From: Candidatus Cloacimonadales bacterium
GTDB taxonomy: Bacteria; Cloacimonadota; Cloacimonadia; Cloacimonadales; JAFGVF01
DNA: 64,000 nt
Direction: 5' to 3'
Assembly (NCBI GenBank): GCA_963677495.2
Contig: CAXXOU010000004.1
Span: forward strand, 416,001-480,000
Shown in pieces: positions 1 to 9,578 of this stretch; position 1 is the stretch's first letter, and the number at the start of each line of letters is the position of its first letter. The notes under the pieces were generated by a model that made no database searches, was not told the DNA's origin, and saw only the letters and a program-made list of their open reading frames with translations. The position numbers were made by a program, and so were the translations under genes.

Positions 1-2110
1 TATTTGCCAGCAAAGAACCATTCTTATAAAGATTATATGAATCCGGGATATAAGAACGAGTGTATCCGGCATCCGTAAGTACTATCTCAATAAGCCAATC
101 ACCATTCCAATCATAATCATCATGGGCTGATTGCCAGTTATCATTTACTCTAATTAAATCACTGATACCTTCGTCATAAGTGACATTATCCGAACCAAAT
201 GTAGCATTAGCACCGGAACTTGCTTCTATAGCAACAATTATATCATTGTCAGCATTAGGAGTAAAAGGAGTTTCGATTAAAACATCTGTGAAACCTATGG
301 GATTGATCTCTGGAATTGCTTGAGAAAGTGACAATGAACCATCAGATTCGTTATAAACATTGAGAGTATAGCTACAGGTTGTATCATTTGCATAGAACCT
401 TACTCTATGCAGGTAAAGGCCTTCATAATCAGCTAAATCACTGCTTTCATATTTACATCCAACTTCGAAAGAAGTATCTATGCCAAGATTGAAATGTTCA
501 TCAAGCTCAAGGTTTGAGTAGCTAAGCTCAAAATAGTCGCTTCCAAGAATATTCGGCATTGACCATTCCAGATAAACATTATTCTCATCTGTTAGATAAC
601 CGTTTAAGGTTGTAGGTATCATAAGGGGATTGTATCCAGGTCCATTCCAATAGTCGAATGTTATAACCTGCCCACTCTCTGTTATACTTTCCACCGGGCG
701 ATCGGTTGGTTGATTATTCCATGTTAAGGATGCAGGGTCTGTTTCATCCGTGAATGCATCATTTGTACCATGTGGGAAAGGGGCACTATAGCTGTTAAGT
801 TCACCATTGGCAGATTCTATCTGAAGTCCTTTATGATTAGAATTATTAACATCATTAGATGATAAATGTTGTAAAATATATCCTTCATCGACATGGACGA
901 TTAGCAAGCCGTGTCCCGGTACACTACCATTGTATCCAATCTGCTGCCTATTCTCAAGATAGAACCATTCATTATAGCCCGGGGTTTCTATAGCATAAGC
1001 TGTGTTGTTTGAGTTGGAATGAGTAATTGAATAGTTATCAGGAACTTCCAATATCTCACGATCCATCCAACCTAGAAAGTATTTACTCCAAGCGTTGTGA
1101 TGTGCAGGTTCCCATGAATTATTATTCCATGCACCTGAAGACATCAAATCCCATTCTCCAACACAGTCGGGGTCTTCTCCTGATGTTGTATTGTAATAGT
1201 CAGGTAGCCCTAACAGATGCCCAAATTCATGTGCACTAACACCAACACCTGCCTGCAAGCCCCAACTTCCTGACTCTCCTACTATTGCATAGTGAGAAAC
1301 TGTCACTCCATCGACATTTACGGGTATAGAAAAATTGGACATATGTGACCAGATGTCATTTGCACTACCGGATGTCTCCTGTCCCTGCCCTGCGTGTATA
1401 ATAATTACCCCTTCCACTGTGTTATCATTATCATTATCGAAATCTGCAAAGTTCACATAGGCATTGGCAGCCTGTACAGCGTGTGTTGCAAATGTTCTCC
1501 ATTGATCCTGGGGACCATAATAATCGTGTGTATTGTTTACTGTTACTATCGGACTAACAGTGGCTGTAGGGCTAAAAGTACCATAGGAGTTCTCTTCATA
1601 GTATGATTTGAAACATCCTGTGAAATTACCGGGATTATTCATCATATTCTCAAATGAGTTTGTTGTGTAGCTCATATTGTAATCTGTAAACTGGGCCGGA
1701 ATGACAAGAATATCAACATTACCAGATGTTGGAAAGTTACCCAGGCGTGTGGTTCTATTCGCTTCTCGCTTAACTACACATTGCTGACTACTGAATCTAA
1801 GGTGCTTCGAAATAGTTTGTATAAAGGTAGTTTCTTCTGAAGAACGAGACTCAATTGCGGAAGCTCGTACTTTAGAAGGTATCATATCACCTTTAGAATT
1901 GAGTATTGAGTATACTTTCCATCCATCATTATCTAATAGAGTGTAACCGTCAGAAGTTTCAGACCAGTGAATCCACTCATCACCCATCTGCTTGATTGTT
2001 AAGGTGGAACCATCCGGTTGAATGTACTCTATTAATCTTTTAGGTGCAGGAACTGACATCAAACTCATTACTAATACGGATATAAGTATAATCATTACTA
2101 ACTTTTTCAT
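1..2110 (-). CDS. M6-family (immune inhibitor A-like) secreted metalloprotease, 3' end runs off window
   Basis: Not in the ORF track because it is open at the window edge. ATG at 2110 with GGAGG RBS and signal peptide MKKLVMIIL; the minus-strand translation near 1200-1240 gives the zinc motif HEFGHLLGLPDYY; N-terminal QPDGS...GDEW propeptide pattern. Confidence 0.85.
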   Translation of the reverse strand, partial: MKKLVMIILISVLVMSLMSVPAPKRLIEYIQPDGSTLTIKQMGDEWIHWSETSDGYTLLDNDGWKVYSILNSKGDMIPSKVRASAIESRSSEETTFIQTISKHLRFSSQQCVVKREANRTTRLGNFPTSGNVDILVIPAQFTDYNMSYTTNSFENMMNNPGNFTGCFKSYYEENSYGTFSPTATVSPIVTVNNTHDYYGPQDQWRTFATHAVQAANAYVNFADFDNDNDNTVEGVIIIHAGQGQETSGSANDIWSHMSNFSIPVNVDGVTVSHYAIVGESGSWGLQAGVGVSAHEFGHLLGLPDYYNTTSGEDPDCVGEWDLMSSGAWNNNSWEPAHHNAWSKYFLGWMDREILEVPDNYSITHSNSNNTAYAIETPGYNEWFYLENRQQIGYNGSVPGHGLLIVHVDEGYILQHLSSNDVNNSNHKGLQIESANGELNSYSAPFPHGTNDAFTDETDPASLTWNNQPTDRPVESITESGQVITFDYWNGPGYNPLMIPTTLNGYLTDENNVYLEWSMPNILGSDYFELSYSNLELDEHFNLGIDTSFEVGCKYESSDLADYEGLYLHRVRFYANDTTCSYTLNVYNESDGSLSLSQAIPEINPIGFTDVLIETPFTPNADNDIIVAIEASSGANATFGSDNVTYDEGISDLIRVNDNWQSAHDDYDWNGDWLIEIVLTDAGYTRSYIPDSYNLYKNGSLLAN

Positions 2111-2211
2111 TGTACCTCCAGAGAAGCTGATACATAAATATGAAAACCTAATTCTATGCGTCAATAAATACTTTATTACTTAGGCTGTTAGGATATGTTT
2201 TTGTGAGAATG

Positions 2212-2524
2212 AAAAAACGGGTAAAGCGACCATTCTAAAAGTAGTAACATGAACTATGAGTCGATTCGTAAGTGTACCATTTAGAAGGTTTACAACCATT
2301 CTAAAGGTAGTTTAAATGCAATTCATTTATCCGTTTTTTCCAAAATTGCCCTGCTTCTTCCCTTCCAGTTCCCTGACATGGAAAGGTGTTTCAAAGGTTT
2401 CCCACAGGTGACCCTCTCGTGACCCTCTCGTGGAATGCCATAAGTTATTCACATCGTGTGGATAACTTGAATATTTATGGAAAACCTTCATTAGTCAGGG
2501 AACCGGAAGGGGGGGAGACAGGCA
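2212..2524. repeat. Two nested fold-back elements containing an 11-nt-period array
   Basis: 2212-2225 pairs with 2327-2340; 2347-2377 pairs with 2494-2524; five 11-nt units at 2382-2436. Confidence 0.75.
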
Positions 2525-2664
2525 CAAATCAATTTCAATCAAAACCGGGTAGGTTTACCTTGGTATCATTTAGAAGTTCCTAATTCATAATTAGTAATTC
2601 TATTCGTAACTCATCATTAACACAAAACTTAAGAAGTAGAATGAAAATAGTTGCAATTTTTTAT

Positions 2665-2693
2665 TTGACATGATTTCGGTGATTAAATAGGTT
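2665..2693 (+). promoter_or_regulatory. Putative sigma70 promoter of the tRNA-Asp pair
   Basis: TTGACA, 17 nt spacer, TAGGTT, upstream of the tRNA. Confidence 0.5.
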
Positions 2694-2740
2694 GCTTTCA
2701 CACGCAGTTGGCGTGGATATAGAGTGAATTAAGAGTATGC

Positions 2741-2817
2741 GGGGGTGTAGTTCAGTTGGTTAGAACGTCTGCCTGTCACGCAGAAGGTCGCGAGTTCGAG
2801 TCCCGTCACTCCCGCCA
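2741..2817 (+). tRNA. tRNA-Asp (GTC), copy 1
   Basis: Cloverleaf with GGGGGTG/CACTCCC acceptor, TCTGC-CTGTCAC-GCAGA anticodon arm, TTCGA T-loop, G73 discriminator and encoded CCA. Confidence 0.97.
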
Positions 2818-2854
2818 GTTTTTAAAACAAGCATACTCATTAATAGATCCCTTT

Positions 2855-2931
2855 GGGGGTGTAGTTCAGTTGGTTAGAACGTCTGCCTGTCACGCAGAAG
2901 GCCGCGAGTTCGAGTCCCGTCACTCCCGCCA
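2855..2931 (+). tRNA. tRNA-Asp (GTC), copy 2
   Basis: Identical to copy 1 except the variable loop (AGGCC vs AGGTC). Confidence 0.97.
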
Positions 2932-2936
2932 GTTTA

Positions 2937-2969
2937 AAAAGCCTATTCACGAAAGTGGATAGGCTTTTT
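2937..2969 (+). terminator. Rho-independent terminator after the tRNAs
   Basis: AAAAGCCTATTCAC-GAAA-GTGGATAGGCTTTTT. Confidence 0.8.
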
Positions 2970-2973
2970 CTAT

Positions 2974-3170
2974 ATGAAGTTAACCGACTGCTTGTCGGGG
3001 CGTAGCTTTTAGCGAAGACTGATGTCGGTTTGCCTTGTAACGCATAGTTAAGTAGCTGATTGTATCGTAATTATTACCATCAAAGGTTACATGGCAGTAG
3101 CATCGACACAGACGATGCAGTCCAAAAGTGCTAACCCCGAAAGAGTTACCTCTGAGTAGCTAAAAAAGTG
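2974..3170. repeat. REP-like hairpin module (TTAACCGAC..GTCGGTTTG ... TGCAGTCCAAAA GTGCTAACCC) with a nested 32-nt insertion
   Basis: Homologous to 7425-7578; partial copies at 7301-7423, 18971 and 53776. Confidence 0.75.
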
Positions 3171-3327
3171 ATAGTACGATTTCACTTAAACATTTTGTAA
3201 ACCACTTCACATTCAACTAAAAAACTTCTTGTGTTCTAAAGATAATTGGAAATAGTATGTCACCAAGAATATCGGATGGAGATCTTAATGATACTCGGTG
3301 AGAAGGTCTTGCTAAAGGTGGTGTAGT

Positions 3328-4107
3328 ATGAGTAAATTATTCGACAGGCCAAAAGTAGTTCTTTATGTTTGTGTATCTATAGATGGGAGAATTACATTCG
3401 GGCCAAATACAACAATGTTTGATGCTTTTAACCTACCTGAACTTCATCAAATGCTTTGCACAAATGAAGAATGGGAAATCTTTTCTAAAGCAGTATTTTC
3501 TATTCATAAACCTGATATGTTTCTGGAAGGGAGTAATATGGTAGTAGCTGAAAATGAAGCATTAAAGGAACTTCCTAAATTCAAGGAAGACATAAATAAT
3601 TTGTTTGAAGATTTTATACCGGAATATATTTTGAACCATAAAAACAGAAAAACATGGACAGCAATAGTTGATGGAAGAGGTAGATTTCGAAATGGCTATA
3701 CGGCCGTTACAGATGACCCTGAAACATATATGGTACATCTTACAACCGAAACTGTTCCTCCCGATTATCTGGCTTTTTTGAGGTCAAAAAATATTCCTTA
3801 CATCATAGAAGGGCAGAATAAAGTTAACCTTCCTAAAGCATTGCAAAAAGTAAAAACAAAACTCAATGTAGATACAATTGCAACAAGCTCCGGTGGACGC
3901 TTGAGTGGTGCCCTTATTAGAAGTTCTCTCCTTGACGAGGTAAATTTACTACTCAGCCCTATAGTGATAGGAGGAGATAAAACACCTAAACTATTTACTT
4001 CTCCTGAATTGAATTGGCCTTCAATAAAACCTAGTATACTCACCCTTTTAGAGATGAAAGATATGAAGAATGGTAAGGTCTGGTTAAGGTATAAAGTTAA
4101 TTCCTAA
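3328..4107 (+). CDS. RibD C-terminal/dihydrofolate reductase family protein
   Basis: RPKVVLYVCVSIDGRI, GG..SGALIRSSLLDEVNLLLSPIVIGG and VWLRY motifs. Confidence 0.85.
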   Translation: MSKLFDRPKVVLYVCVSIDGRITFGPNTTMFDAFNLPELHQMLCTNEEWEIFSKAVFSIHKPDMFLEGSNMVVAENEALKELPKFKEDINNLFEDFIPEYILNHKNRKTWTAIVDGRGRFRNGYTAVTDDPETYMVHLTTETVPPDYLAFLRSKNIPYIIEGQNKVNLPKALQKVKTKLNVDTIATSSGGRLSGALIRSSLLDEVNLLLSPIVIGGDKTPKLFTSPELNWPSIKPSILTLLEMKDMKNGKVWLRYKVNS

Positions 4108-4125
4108 TCAATTTTCATGTCTTAA

Positions 4126-4665
4126 ATGAATAACATTATAATTAGATACGCAACACTTTCAGATGCGAAAGCTATTACAGAACTGAAAGTTTCATGTTGG
4201 AAATCAGCATATCGGGGGATATTACCGGATGAGATGCTTGAAAAGTCTTCTGAACAGATGAAGAATGAAACTGAACATCGCGCAAAATGTATTGTAGAGA
4301 ACACTGATAATGGTTGGCCTAATATTGTTGCTGTACATTCTGGTCAAGTTATAGGATGGTGTGCCGGAGGGGTTAATCAAAATCCTGCATATAAACATGA
4401 AACTGATTTACAGGCAATATACATTCTTAAGGAGTACCAAAGAAAGGGCATAGGTAAGCTAATGGTAAAGGCATTTATTGATTTAATGCATGAACACGGT
4501 ATGCAATCAATGCTCATCTGGGTTCTAAAAGAGAATCACAATGCTATTAGATTCTATACAAAACTTGGTGGCAAGATAGTAGGAGAGAAGCTGTATCTCA
4601 AAAAGTATCCCGTGATAGGATTTGGTTGGGATGATGTAAAACAATTGGGGAGGAATAGTGGATAA
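4126..4665 (+). CDS. GNAT family N-acetyltransferase
   Basis: IRYATLSDA, AIYILKEYQRKGIGK acetyl-CoA motif, WVLKEN..AIRFY..LGG. Confidence 0.88.
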   Translation: MNNIIIRYATLSDAKAITELKVSCWKSAYRGILPDEMLEKSSEQMKNETEHRAKCIVENTDNGWPNIVAVHSGQVIGWCAGGVNQNPAYKHETDLQAIYILKEYQRKGIGKLMVKAFIDLMHEHGMQSMLIWVLKENHNAIRFYTKLGGKIVGEKLYLKKYPVIGFGWDDVKQLGRNSG

Positions 4666-4757
4666 GGAATTTGGCTCATTTAGTCACATACAGCTCAATG
4701 TCACTTCAAACATGTGATTCGACTATTTCCTCAAGATAATATATATATTTTCAGATC

Positions 4758-5318
4758 CTATATATTAACCACAGATCTCCAATACATCTTAAATGAGGAC
4801 TCTAAGAACTCATCAGTGTATTTATCAGGCATTATGTTTAGAAATGTGATAGTTGAGTTTGCAGCACCCATTGTGTAGATCATCAAGTAATTGATATCTT
4901 CATATATAATTGCACCATCCTCTACTGCATTTCTAAATACTTCAGCAAAGAAATCAAAGTGCTTTGAGGCTTCTTCAACTGTAGAAGACTTGATGTTAGT
5001 AGAACCAGAGAAGTTAATAAAGAATCTCATTAACTCTTTGTTCTCATATCCCCATTTTATATATGACTTCCAATAACTAAAAAGAGTATTCTTATGAGAT
5101 TCACTAAAATCCATATTCTCTTGGATATAGGTTGCAATGGTTACTTTAGCATAGAAATAAGCAGAATTAATCAATTCATCTTTATTCTTGAAATAGTGGA
5201 ACACTGTCCCATTGGATAATCCTGATCCCTTAACTATCTTTGCAACAGATGCTCCATTGAACCCAAACTCCAGGAAAATCTTTATGGCTGACTCTAATAT
5301 TTTCTCTCTATTACTCAT
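4758..5318 (-). CDS. TetR/AcrR family transcriptional regulator
   Basis: N-terminal HTH REKILESAIKIFLEFGF...GTVFHYFKNKDEL; divergent from the oxidoreductase genes. Confidence 0.9.
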   Translation of the reverse strand: MSNREKILESAIKIFLEFGFNGASVAKIVKGSGLSNGTVFHYFKNKDELINSAYFYAKVTIATYIQENMDFSESHKNTLFSYWKSYIKWGYENKELMRFFINFSGSTNIKSSTVEEASKHFDFFAEVFRNAVEDGAIIYEDINYLMIYTMGAANSTITFLNIMPDKYTDEFLESSFKMYWRSVVNI

Positions 5319-5380
5319 AATTACCTCTAACTCAATAGCTGTTTCTTAACTTTTTTTGTCAAGCCATAAATATAGAAAAA

Positions 5381-5459
5381 TAGAGAGTCTACTCTAATAT
5401 TAAGCAGGATGTATAGTGCAGAGGTATATAAATATCTTGACAGTAGAGTGAATGCTCTA
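5381..5459. promoter_or_regulatory. Two TAGAG-N6-CTCTA palindromes, putative TetR operators
   Basis: TAGAGAGTCTACTCTA (5381-5396) and TAGAGTGAATGCTCTA (5444-5459); the second lies directly after TTGACA at 5437-5442. Confidence 0.65.
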
Positions 5460-5504
5460 TAGCCTGTCTCCAGATTATGAAGAATAGTGTGATGTTTAGA
5501 AGGA

Positions 5505-6302
5505 GTGAAAATGAAAACATTATATTTTACAGCTACAGGTAATAGCTTGCATATTGCTAAATCGATAGGCGGAGAGTTGCTCTCAATCCCGAAAATGGTT
5601 AAAGAGGGGATATTTGAGTTTACTGATGATAAGGTAGGTATTGTGTTTCCGGTTTATGGACACGGAGTCCCTTCCTATGTAGTAGATTTCTTAGAGAAAG
5701 CTAAGTTCAATACAAACTACCTCTTCGCAGTTGCAACATTTGGGGTTTACTCAGGTGCAGTAGCCACTCACATAATTGATGTCAGCAAGCAAGCAGGATA
5801 TTCCTTTTCCTACATAAATGCAATCTCGATGGTTGATAACTACTTACCAACTTTTGACATGAAGAAGGAGATAGCGAATGAGCCTAAGAAGAAAGTCGAT
5901 GAGAACCTTAGACAAATAAAGGCAGATATTGCCAGTTCAAAGAAATGGGTAATCCGTGAAAACTTCTTGCGGAAGCAGGGATTTAAGCTTCTGCATAGTA
6001 GGAAGAAACCCTTTAGTAAAAAACAGTTAAAGCTTCATATATATGGGGAAGGGATTGAGAACTATCAGTATAATGATAACAACTGCACCGGTTGTGGAAT
6101 CTGTGCAAAAGTATGCCCTGTGGACAATATTGTCGTAGATAGAGAGAATAAGAAGATAGAGCTTCAAAACAAGTGCTTCGCATGCTTTGCCTGCATCCAG
6201 AATTGTCCCTCACAGGCTATTCATATCAGAGGTGAGGTAAACGGTAACAGATACAGAAATAAAGATATTAATCTACAAGAGATAATCAAAGCAAATGATT
6301 AG
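5505..6302 (+). CDS. EFR1-type flavodoxin-ferredoxin fusion protein
   Basis: YFTATGNS flavodoxin motif; two CxxCxxCxxxCP 4Fe-4S motifs at the C-terminus; start may be 5511. Confidence 0.85.
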   Translation: MKMKTLYFTATGNSLHIAKSIGGELLSIPKMVKEGIFEFTDDKVGIVFPVYGHGVPSYVVDFLEKAKFNTNYLFAVATFGVYSGAVATHIIDVSKQAGYSFSYINAISMVDNYLPTFDMKKEIANEPKKKVDENLRQIKADIASSKKWVIRENFLRKQGFKLLHSRKKPFSKKQLKLHIYGEGIENYQYNDNNCTGCGICAKVCPVDNIVVDRENKKIELQNKCFACFACIQNCPSQAIHIRGEVNGNRYRNKDINLQEIIKAND

Positions 6303-6320
6303 ATTACGAGGAGAGTAATA

Positions 6321-7268
6321 ATGGATTATAGCTTTGGAAAGAATGGTTGGACACCGGATAGAATTAGGGACTTAACAGGCAAAACATTCCTAATAACAGG
6401 TGCTACAAGTGGCACAGGTTTTGAAGCAGCTAAGATACTTGCATCCAAAGGTGCAAAAGTAGTAATGCTAAACCGGAACCCTAAGAAATCAGAAGGTGTG
6501 ATTGCAACTATCAAACAGGAAATCGGTAGCAAAGCAGATGTTTCTTACATAACTATGGACCTTGGAGTTCAAGCTTCAGTAAAAAAGGCAGCATCAGAGG
6601 TATTGAATACAGTTTCACGCATCGATGCTTTGATGTGTAATGGAGCGATAGCACAAGTACCCAAGCAACAGTTCACAGTGGATGGTTTTGAGAGCCAGCT
6701 TGGTGTTAATCACTATGGACACTTTACTCTACAAGCCCTGCTCTTTCCCTTGATCGAGAAATCTAAAGGTCGAATAGTTACGGTGGGAAGTATGGGCTAT
6801 AATATGGGCATTAAAACAATCAAGTTCGACGATATGAACTGGGATAAGAACTATAAACCAAACGATGCTTATAGTCAGAGTAAACTAGCGCAGATAATGT
6901 CTATTTATGAATTGCAGGATAGATTAGCTAAAGCCGGCAGAACAGATGTTAAAGCTTATGCCTGCCATCCCGGCTCCTCAAAAACATCACTCATAACAAC
7001 AAGTGGTAATCTGGCAACTCGCATCATGTTTAAACTAATGACCTTATCACCGATGGTTCAATCCGCAGAGAAAGGAGCATATCCTGAACTTATGTGTGCT
7101 ACAGAACCTAATCTTGATCAGAAAGGTTTCTATGGTCCGACAGGTCGCAGTTACTGGGTAGGTCCGGTAGGCGAGTGTAAGCTTGAACCACATGCAAAGG
7201 ATAAGAAAGTATCAAAGAGATTATGGGAAGTCTCAGAGAAAGCAACTGGTATTAAGTGGGATATATGA
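6321..7268 (+). CDS. Short-chain dehydrogenase/reductase (retinol dehydrogenase-like)
   Basis: ITGATSGTG, YSQSK catalytic motif, ACHPG. Confidence 0.9.
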   Translation: MDYSFGKNGWTPDRIRDLTGKTFLITGATSGTGFEAAKILASKGAKVVMLNRNPKKSEGVIATIKQEIGSKADVSYITMDLGVQASVKKAASEVLNTVSRIDALMCNGAIAQVPKQQFTVDGFESQLGVNHYGHFTLQALLFPLIEKSKGRIVTVGSMGYNMGIKTIKFDDMNWDKNYKPNDAYSQSKLAQIMSIYELQDRLAKAGRTDVKAYACHPGSSKTSLITTSGNLATRIMFKLMTLSPMVQSAEKGAYPELMCATEPNLDQKGFYGPTGRSYWVGPVGECKLEPHAKDKKVSKRLWEVSEKATGIKWDI

Positions 7269-7270
7269 AT

Positions 7271-7940
7271 ATGGATTTAACCGACGATGTCGGTCAAAAT
7301 GTGGAGTTAACCGACTGCGTCGGTTTGTCTTGTAATAGATAGTTTATTGGCAAAAATTAGTTTCATTATGCTTTCTGAAGGTTACATTGGCAGTTGCATC
7401 TACATAGTATATGCAGTCCAAAATATGGAATTAACCGACAATGTCGGTTTGTCCTGTGGCTCTTGGTTTAATGGCTAATTTTGTTTCATTATGCTTTCTG
7501 AAGGTTCCATTGCAGTTGCATCTACATAGTATATGCAGTCCAAAAGTGCTAACCCTGAAAGGGTTACCTATGAGTAGCACCGAATACAATTCGGGGTTTA
7601 GGAATACAGATTTATCCTAACCCCAACGGGGTTAAATTTGTTCAAGATTATGTTATGGCATATTCGACCCCGTTGGGGTCGCTGGCTCTTATGGGACATC
7701 CGACCATGCATTGCATGGCTACTCACATGCTATCCCTCTGGGATAAGCAAAGAGGACAGCAATAATGCTACCCTCATTTAACATAATCTCATACTTCAAG
7801 AAATGTGGGATAATGGCTTCAATGTTTATTAGCTGACTTATGTTATAGCATTTTATCCTGAAGGGATAACCTAATAATAGCCATGGTGCTTTAGCTCATG
7901 GATAAGATTTGATTTCCAAATCCCGACCCTGAAGGGGTCG
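7271..7940. repeat. Cluster of REP/MITE-like modules: tandem ~124-nt units plus 17-nt palindromes
   Basis: Units 7301-7423 and 7425-7545; palindromes TAACCCTGAAAGGGTTA, TAACCCCAACGGGGTTA, CGACCCCGTTGGGGTCG, TATCCCTCTGGGATA, TTATCCTGAAGGGATAA, CGACCCTGAAGGGGTCG. Confidence 0.8.
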
Positions 7941-8049
7941 CCCTTTTCACAGAATAACAATTTCAAAATTATCAATCACAATGAAATCTAAACAATTATC
8001 ACCCCTCATTGCACCATCACAATACCCAACCAGAAGTTGTCCGATTCCG

Positions 8050-8752
8050 GTGAGTCTCTTGAGGCTCTCTGGGGAAAATTAATAAGAGACTGACAAGATA
8101 AGGGGTAGAAAATGAAAGCTAATGTATCATTATTATGATAGTGGAATGAGAGACTCCAGCATTGCAATGAGAGCATAAACCATTCCCCAGAACCACCAGA
8201 TTCATCTGGTGGCTTTGAACCATGTTTAAGCTTAATCCCCTCCCTCTTCGCTTTCCTAATGAAAGCGTAGAGGGAGGGGAGGAAAATAGTTTTAGAGTAC
8301 CTCCACCACTTGAAAGTGGTGGTTCTGGGGAAGCCAATATCCTATAGCCACTAAATATTACTACTCAATCGCTCCCTTTCAATTCCAACTCGACACTTAC
8401 TTCTCACTTACTAGACACTTACTACTCTCTTACTCAAACCAGTAAGTTAGACACAAGTTGTTGATAACTAACTAGATTTTGAATAGTATTTATTGAATGG
8501 GAGGAGAAAGAGGGAAGAAGTATTATCTCCCCATTCTTTCCTTAATCTCTCAGCAGTAATCGCTGGTAAACACTTGGCCAACCCTTGCCCAACACTTGGT
8601 CAATCCTTGGCCTATTTACCAAGAATATACCATTTTATAACCAAGCTGTTACCATTTTAAAGCCACTAATTATTCGAGAAAGTAGAAGGGGCAGGGAGTG
8701 AGATTAGATTAATGTTTGAGTAGGTTAAAAAGGTCAGGGAGGCTGTAGGATA
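8050..8752. repeat. Nested fold-back region with 11-nt-period arrays
   Basis: 8183-8198 pairs with 8317-8332; 8338-8349 pairs with 8741-8752; CACTTAC-like core at 8394/8405/8416/8427; CTTG core at 8573/8584/8595/8606. Confidence 0.75.
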
Positions 8753-9106
8753 AATGCATTGACTAAATAATATATCTTTTACAAATTATAATTAACCGTA
8801 TGAAAAAATGAGATGATATAGGTTGAATTGACCAATGAAACGAGTAAACGATAGTTCCTTATCAAACTATGGAATGTCATCAATAGTGTAACCCCCTTAT
8901 GCTTATTTATGAAGAGTTTTTTAATGAATAAAGAGGAGTGTTGGGATGAGTCTTTTTTCTTAATGTAAATTACTATCGTTAGACGAGGTATTTATAAAAA
9001 AGTTTGTATTATCAAGTAGGCACAAACAATATGATGGTTGACTATATCATAAAAAGAAGCCTAATCAAATAGTGAATAGGCTTATAGGTTGATTAAAAAC
9101 ATTTGA

Positions 9107-9307
9107 TTATTTCTTGTTGCTTCTTGGAATTACTTTTGTAACAAGTTCGACAGCAGCATCTTCAGCTAATTCTTTCACTGGGTTAGTACCTTTAACAAGA
9201 CCCAATGTTATTGCACTTATTGCTTTTCTTGTTCCCCTTCTAATTGAGCGACCTAACAAATCATCATAAGTTGTGTAGGCTTTGGCATCATCTTCTTTTT
9301 TACTCAT
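9107..9307 (-). CDS. Small hypothetical protein (66 aa)
   Basis: Strong GGAGG RBS before the ATG and a terminator-like hairpin downstream (9057-9083); no recognisable motif. Confidence 0.55.
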   Translation of the reverse strand: MSKKEDDAKAYTTYDDLLGRSIRRGTRKAISAITLGLVKGTNPVKELAEDAAVELVTKVIPRSNKK

Positions 9308-9578
9308 GAGTTCCTCCAGATTGTTTAGTGTAACTATAATATATTGAGTTAAAATAGTATTGCAAGAAAAAGAATAGTCACAATCAAAATAATAGAAAAG
9401 AGATGCTTGTTCATAATAGGCTTATTTGCATAGATATATTTACATTAGCAGGTTTACTGACCTACATGAAAAGATACAAAGAATTAGTTGACATACTTAA
9501 ATTATCTACAAGGATGGCGTTAAAGATTTCTGTGTTAAATAGATAGATTTGATTTCCATAATAACTTTGGAGAGTGAA

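Noticed and set aside
2445..2465. Inverted pair of DnaA-box-like 9-mers (TTATTCACA / TGTGGATAA)
   Set aside because: Only two boxes, forming a hairpin within a fold-back element; no dnaA or other oriC context
2756..2962. 68-aa ORF with an internal repeat
   Set aside because: It is just the translation of the two tRNA-Asp genes
7271..7578. Possible CRISPR array
   Set aside because: The sequences between hairpins are homologous to each other rather than unique spacers; no cas genes
9057..9083. 12-nt match (AAGCCTATTCAC) to the tRNA terminator as a possible att site
   Set aside because: Inverted orientation, excludes the tRNA 3' end and no integrase is present; most likely a similar terminator
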